DNA of 48,729 nucleotides from positions 1 to 48,729 of the forward strand of contig JBGTMF010000512.1 in NCBI GenBank assembly GCA_041743795.1, written 5' to 3'. The translations under genes and the position numbers were made by a program. The DNA is from Thermodesulfobacteriota bacterium. Its GTDB lineage: Bacteria; Desulfobacterota; Binatia; HRBIN30; CADEER01. Below the pieces are notes generated by a model. It worked only from the letters and a program-made list of their open reading frames with translations. It was not told the DNA's origin and did not search any database. How positions within the stretch are numbered: position 1 is the stretch's first letter; every line of letters begins with the position of its first letter. Of this stretch, positions 47,577-48,729 are shown piece after piece.

Positions 47577-47713
47577 AGGGTCAGCGAACAGTCCGCCACC
47601 GTCCGCAGACGTCCCAAGTTGTCGATCGCAAACGGGTTCCGAAGAAGCGGTGATTCCGCCCACGTACGCCGGATTCCACCACCGTCCAACTCATTGGCTA
47701 CAACTTGGCTACA
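47577..47713. promoter_or_regulatory. putative integrase arm region (copy C)
   Basis: GTCC at 47591/47601/47611; TTCC/GTAC/TTCC/GTCC at 47654/47664/47674/47684; TTGGCTACA at 47694 and 47705. Confidence 0.6.
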
Positions 47714-47793
47714 AGTTGTGCAGGCGCCAGCGTGTGCCGATAGCAGACGAGCTGCCCGACGAGCTGCCCGACGACCTGCCTATGGTTCCCGCC

Positions 47794-47880
47794 CTATCGC
47801 GAACCCTCCAGTACCCAGGGTCTCAACTGCAGCGTATGACCGAAGCGACGAGGATGAAGTCGCTCGATGGCGTAATGCAC
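47794..47880 (-). pseudogene. second, more decayed ParE-like 3' fragment
   Basis: DNA-homologous to 46594-46683 (VHYAIE...DFILV...CS*DPGYWR) with indels and a stop. Confidence 0.55.
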
Positions 47881-47985
47881 TACGCACGGAGCGCCGGTCC
47901 AAGGGGTCAACGGTTCCATGTGCGGACGGTCAATCCGAGTGCAGCATGCTCGCACGGCACGACCGCAGCGCCTACATGACTGGAC

Positions 47986-48057
47986 TCATCGGAGCCCCAA
48001 AAACGACAGAATCACCAAGACGACGACGATCACGCCAATGATGTAGAAGATGTTCAT
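47986..48057 (-). CDS. 23-aa single-TM small protein (MNIFYIIGVIVVVLVILSFLGLR)
   Basis: AAGGAG RBS 5 nt before ATG, uniformly hydrophobic ORF, upstream sigma-54-like promoter; below the ORF-track cutoff. Confidence 0.7.
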   Translation of the reverse strand: MNIFYIIGVIVVVLVILSFLGLR

Positions 48058-48095
48058 GTGGGCTCCTTCCGATTCGCAATGATAACGGAAGTCAC

Positions 48096-48110
48096 GCAAG
48101 CACCGTGCCG
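48096..48110 (-). promoter_or_regulatory. putative sigma-54 promoter
   Basis: Minus strand CGGCACGGTGCTTGC (GG-N10-GC), ~40 bp upstream of small-protein ATG. Confidence 0.6.
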
Positions 48111-48263
48111 GACCTGATCGGTAATGCTAGAGCCGCATCGATCATGCCCTTTCACTTCAGCATGGAATAACCCGGCAGTCTTTGTAAGGATTGCACCAAT
48201 TTCCTCCGCGAAGACGGAAAGCTCGACCGCGAGGGGCCCCCCAAAACGTTGTGGCCTGTTACT

Positions 48264-48729
48264 CTAGCCCTCTCCTCCGCGCTCCCGCGTGCGTGGGCCC
48301 GGCACGGACTCGTCGAGCGAGGCGAGGATCGTTCGCAGGGTGTCGATGTCGGCAGGCTTGATGAGGTGGTGGTCGAACCCCGCAGCGCGGGATCGACGCC
48401 GGTCCTCCTCCTGGCCCCACCCCGTCACGGCGATGAGCGTCACGTTCTTCAAGGCGGGATCTCGTCGGATGCGGCGCGCCACTTCGTGGCCGTCCATGCC
48501 CGGCATCCCGATGTCCAGCAGCACGACCGTTGCCGCCGCGTCCAGAGCCTCCTGGCCGCTGAACGTCACCTGAACGTCGACGCCGAGCAGCGTGAGGAGC
48601 ATGCCCACGCTCCCGGCCGAATCGCGGTTGTCATCGACCACCAACACGCGGTGCGCGCGAAGCATCGACGACGCGGTATCCGCCGCCGCGGGGACGTCCG
48701 CACTGGCCCGCGCGGCCAGCGGCAGGCGG
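48264..48729 (-). CDS. C-terminal receiver domain of a probable hybrid histidine kinase (5' end outside window)
   Basis: RLP..linker..RVLVVDDN, VLLDIGMPGMDG, IAVTGWG, HLIKP; frame open to window edge. Confidence 0.85.
   Translation of the reverse strand, partial: RLPLAARASADVPAAADTASSMLRAHRVLVVDDNRDSAGSVGMLLTLLGVDVQVTFSGQEALDAAATVVLLDIGMPGMDGHEVARRIRRDPALKNVTLIAVTGWGQEEDRRRSRAAGFDHHLIKPADIDTLRTILASLDESVPGPRTRERGGEG

Larger units (their letters stand above)
41066..48729. mobile_element. tandem array of tRNA-Val-anchored integrative cassettes/island remnants (extends past window)
   Basis: Four tRNA-Val 3' fragments in the same orientation, three with conserved arm regions; cargo of TA genes, Uma2 and fragments; no integrase in window. 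Confidence 0.65.

Noticed and set aside
48520-48545. Receiver domain looks a few residues short before VVLLD
   Set aside because: Frame and catalytic Asp/Thr/Lys are intact; cannot tell natural variation from decay.

Overview
GC-rich bacterial window. The CxGDC dockerin-like domains, PT linkers, F420-dependent LLM enzyme and P450 suggest a Deltaproteobacteria/Ca. Binatia-like organism (inference). The first ~33 kb holds mostly metabolic genes: a thioesterase/CoA-transferase/F420-LLM/P450 lipid-catabolic group, qNor NO reductase, a PPi-type phosphofructokinase, lipocalin, enoyl-CoA hydratase, acyltransferase, Zn-ADH, an FAD/Rieske oxidoreductase, an OmcA/MtrC-type decaheme cytochrome and copAB. 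From ~34 kb on it is an accessory zone with secreted proteins, four toxin-antitoxin pairs, a Uma2 nuclease and many orphan gene fragments. The most striking structure is non-coding. Four copies of the 3' half of tRNA-Val(CAC) lie on the minus strand at 41066, 41231, 46289 and 47534. Three are followed by an arm with identical spacing: 10-bp-phased GTCC boxes at +15 and a TTGGCTACA direct repeat at +118. This looks like a tandem array of integrase att junctions separating small cargo cassettes, with no integrase in the window. Two copies carry ~30-nt REP-like hairpins inserted at the same two CG positions of the T-arm. Three unrelated secreted proteins share an AP(A/V)(V/F)(S/G)-TM-RR C-terminal sorting-like signal.
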